Part shown: piece by piece, positions 21,581 to 22,092 of the stretch
How the letters are laid out: each line of letters opens with the position of its first letter
How positions within the stretch are numbered: the stretch's first letter is position 1
Source: Ginkgo biloba
Taxonomy: Eukaryota > Plantae > Ginkgophyta
Length of the DNA stretch: 22,092 nt
NCBI GenBank assembly: GCA_024626585.2
Contig: JANKJI020000001.1
Span: 14,725,550 to 14,747,641 of the forward strand
Reading direction: 5' to 3'
Translations under genes and position numbers: made by a program
Notes under the pieces: generated by a model
What the model saw: the letters and a program-made list of their open reading frames with translations, nothing else
What the model was told of the DNA's origin: nothing
The model's database searches: none

Positions 21581-22092
21581 CCCCTCACTTGGATTCTTTA
21601 TTTTATCCCACCATCTACATCTAGATGTTATCTACTCAATGCCTAAAGATAGAATTACCAATTTCCAACTTACACCCTAAAGTTATCCGCTTGGTGGGAT
21701 GGTCAAGTTAGTATTCCAAAACCTCCATAGGGAAGGAAGGAGCCAAAAGGATCAGATGAAATTTGCAGCAATGTTGCAATGGTTGTTGAGAGAAAAGAAA
21801 CAGAAAGAGGAATTATAACATGCACAACAAGACATAAACTAGGAATTGGAAATGTCAATATCAGAAGGAAATGAACAAGATGATCAGGAACCAACATTAA
21901 GAGACGTTATAGAAGAAGAAAAGCATTGGAAAAAATGAATGCAATTGTGATAGAGGAAGAATCAATGGCATTAAGAAGTGATAAGGAATCAACTCGACCT
22001 ACCCATGACAAAGGAGTTTACGCATATCATCTGATATTACAAGTACTAATCAACATTCTGCCACGATTAAACTGCACAAACTCCATTCTGGA

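Overview
AT-rich, gap-riddled land-plant intergenic DNA; the element types look gymnosperm- or fern-like, which is inference only. I found no intact protein-coding gene, RNA gene or CRISPR array. The window is a pile of decayed, nested retroelements: Ty3/Gypsy gag-protease remnants with LTR/PBS/PPT signals, a chromovirus pol with its LTR inserted into another element's gag, a second paralogous pol fragment, non-chromovirus Gypsy pieces, and L1-type LINEs. Two things stand out. (1) At ~6.3-7.15 kb a three-part chimera, in frame across both junctions, joins the tandem ubiquitin-binding (UBM) repeats of a UPL1/2-type HECT E3 ligase to ~30 codons of Gypsy pol linker and then to the U-box/ARM region of a PUB43/44-like E3 ligase. 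(2) At 17.3-20.2 kb a LINE 3' end with poly(A) lies on the minus strand, directly fused to ORF1-ORF2 on the plus strand, the geometry expected of a twin-priming 5' inversion. All protein assignments come from manual translation and recalled family motifs, not from database searches.
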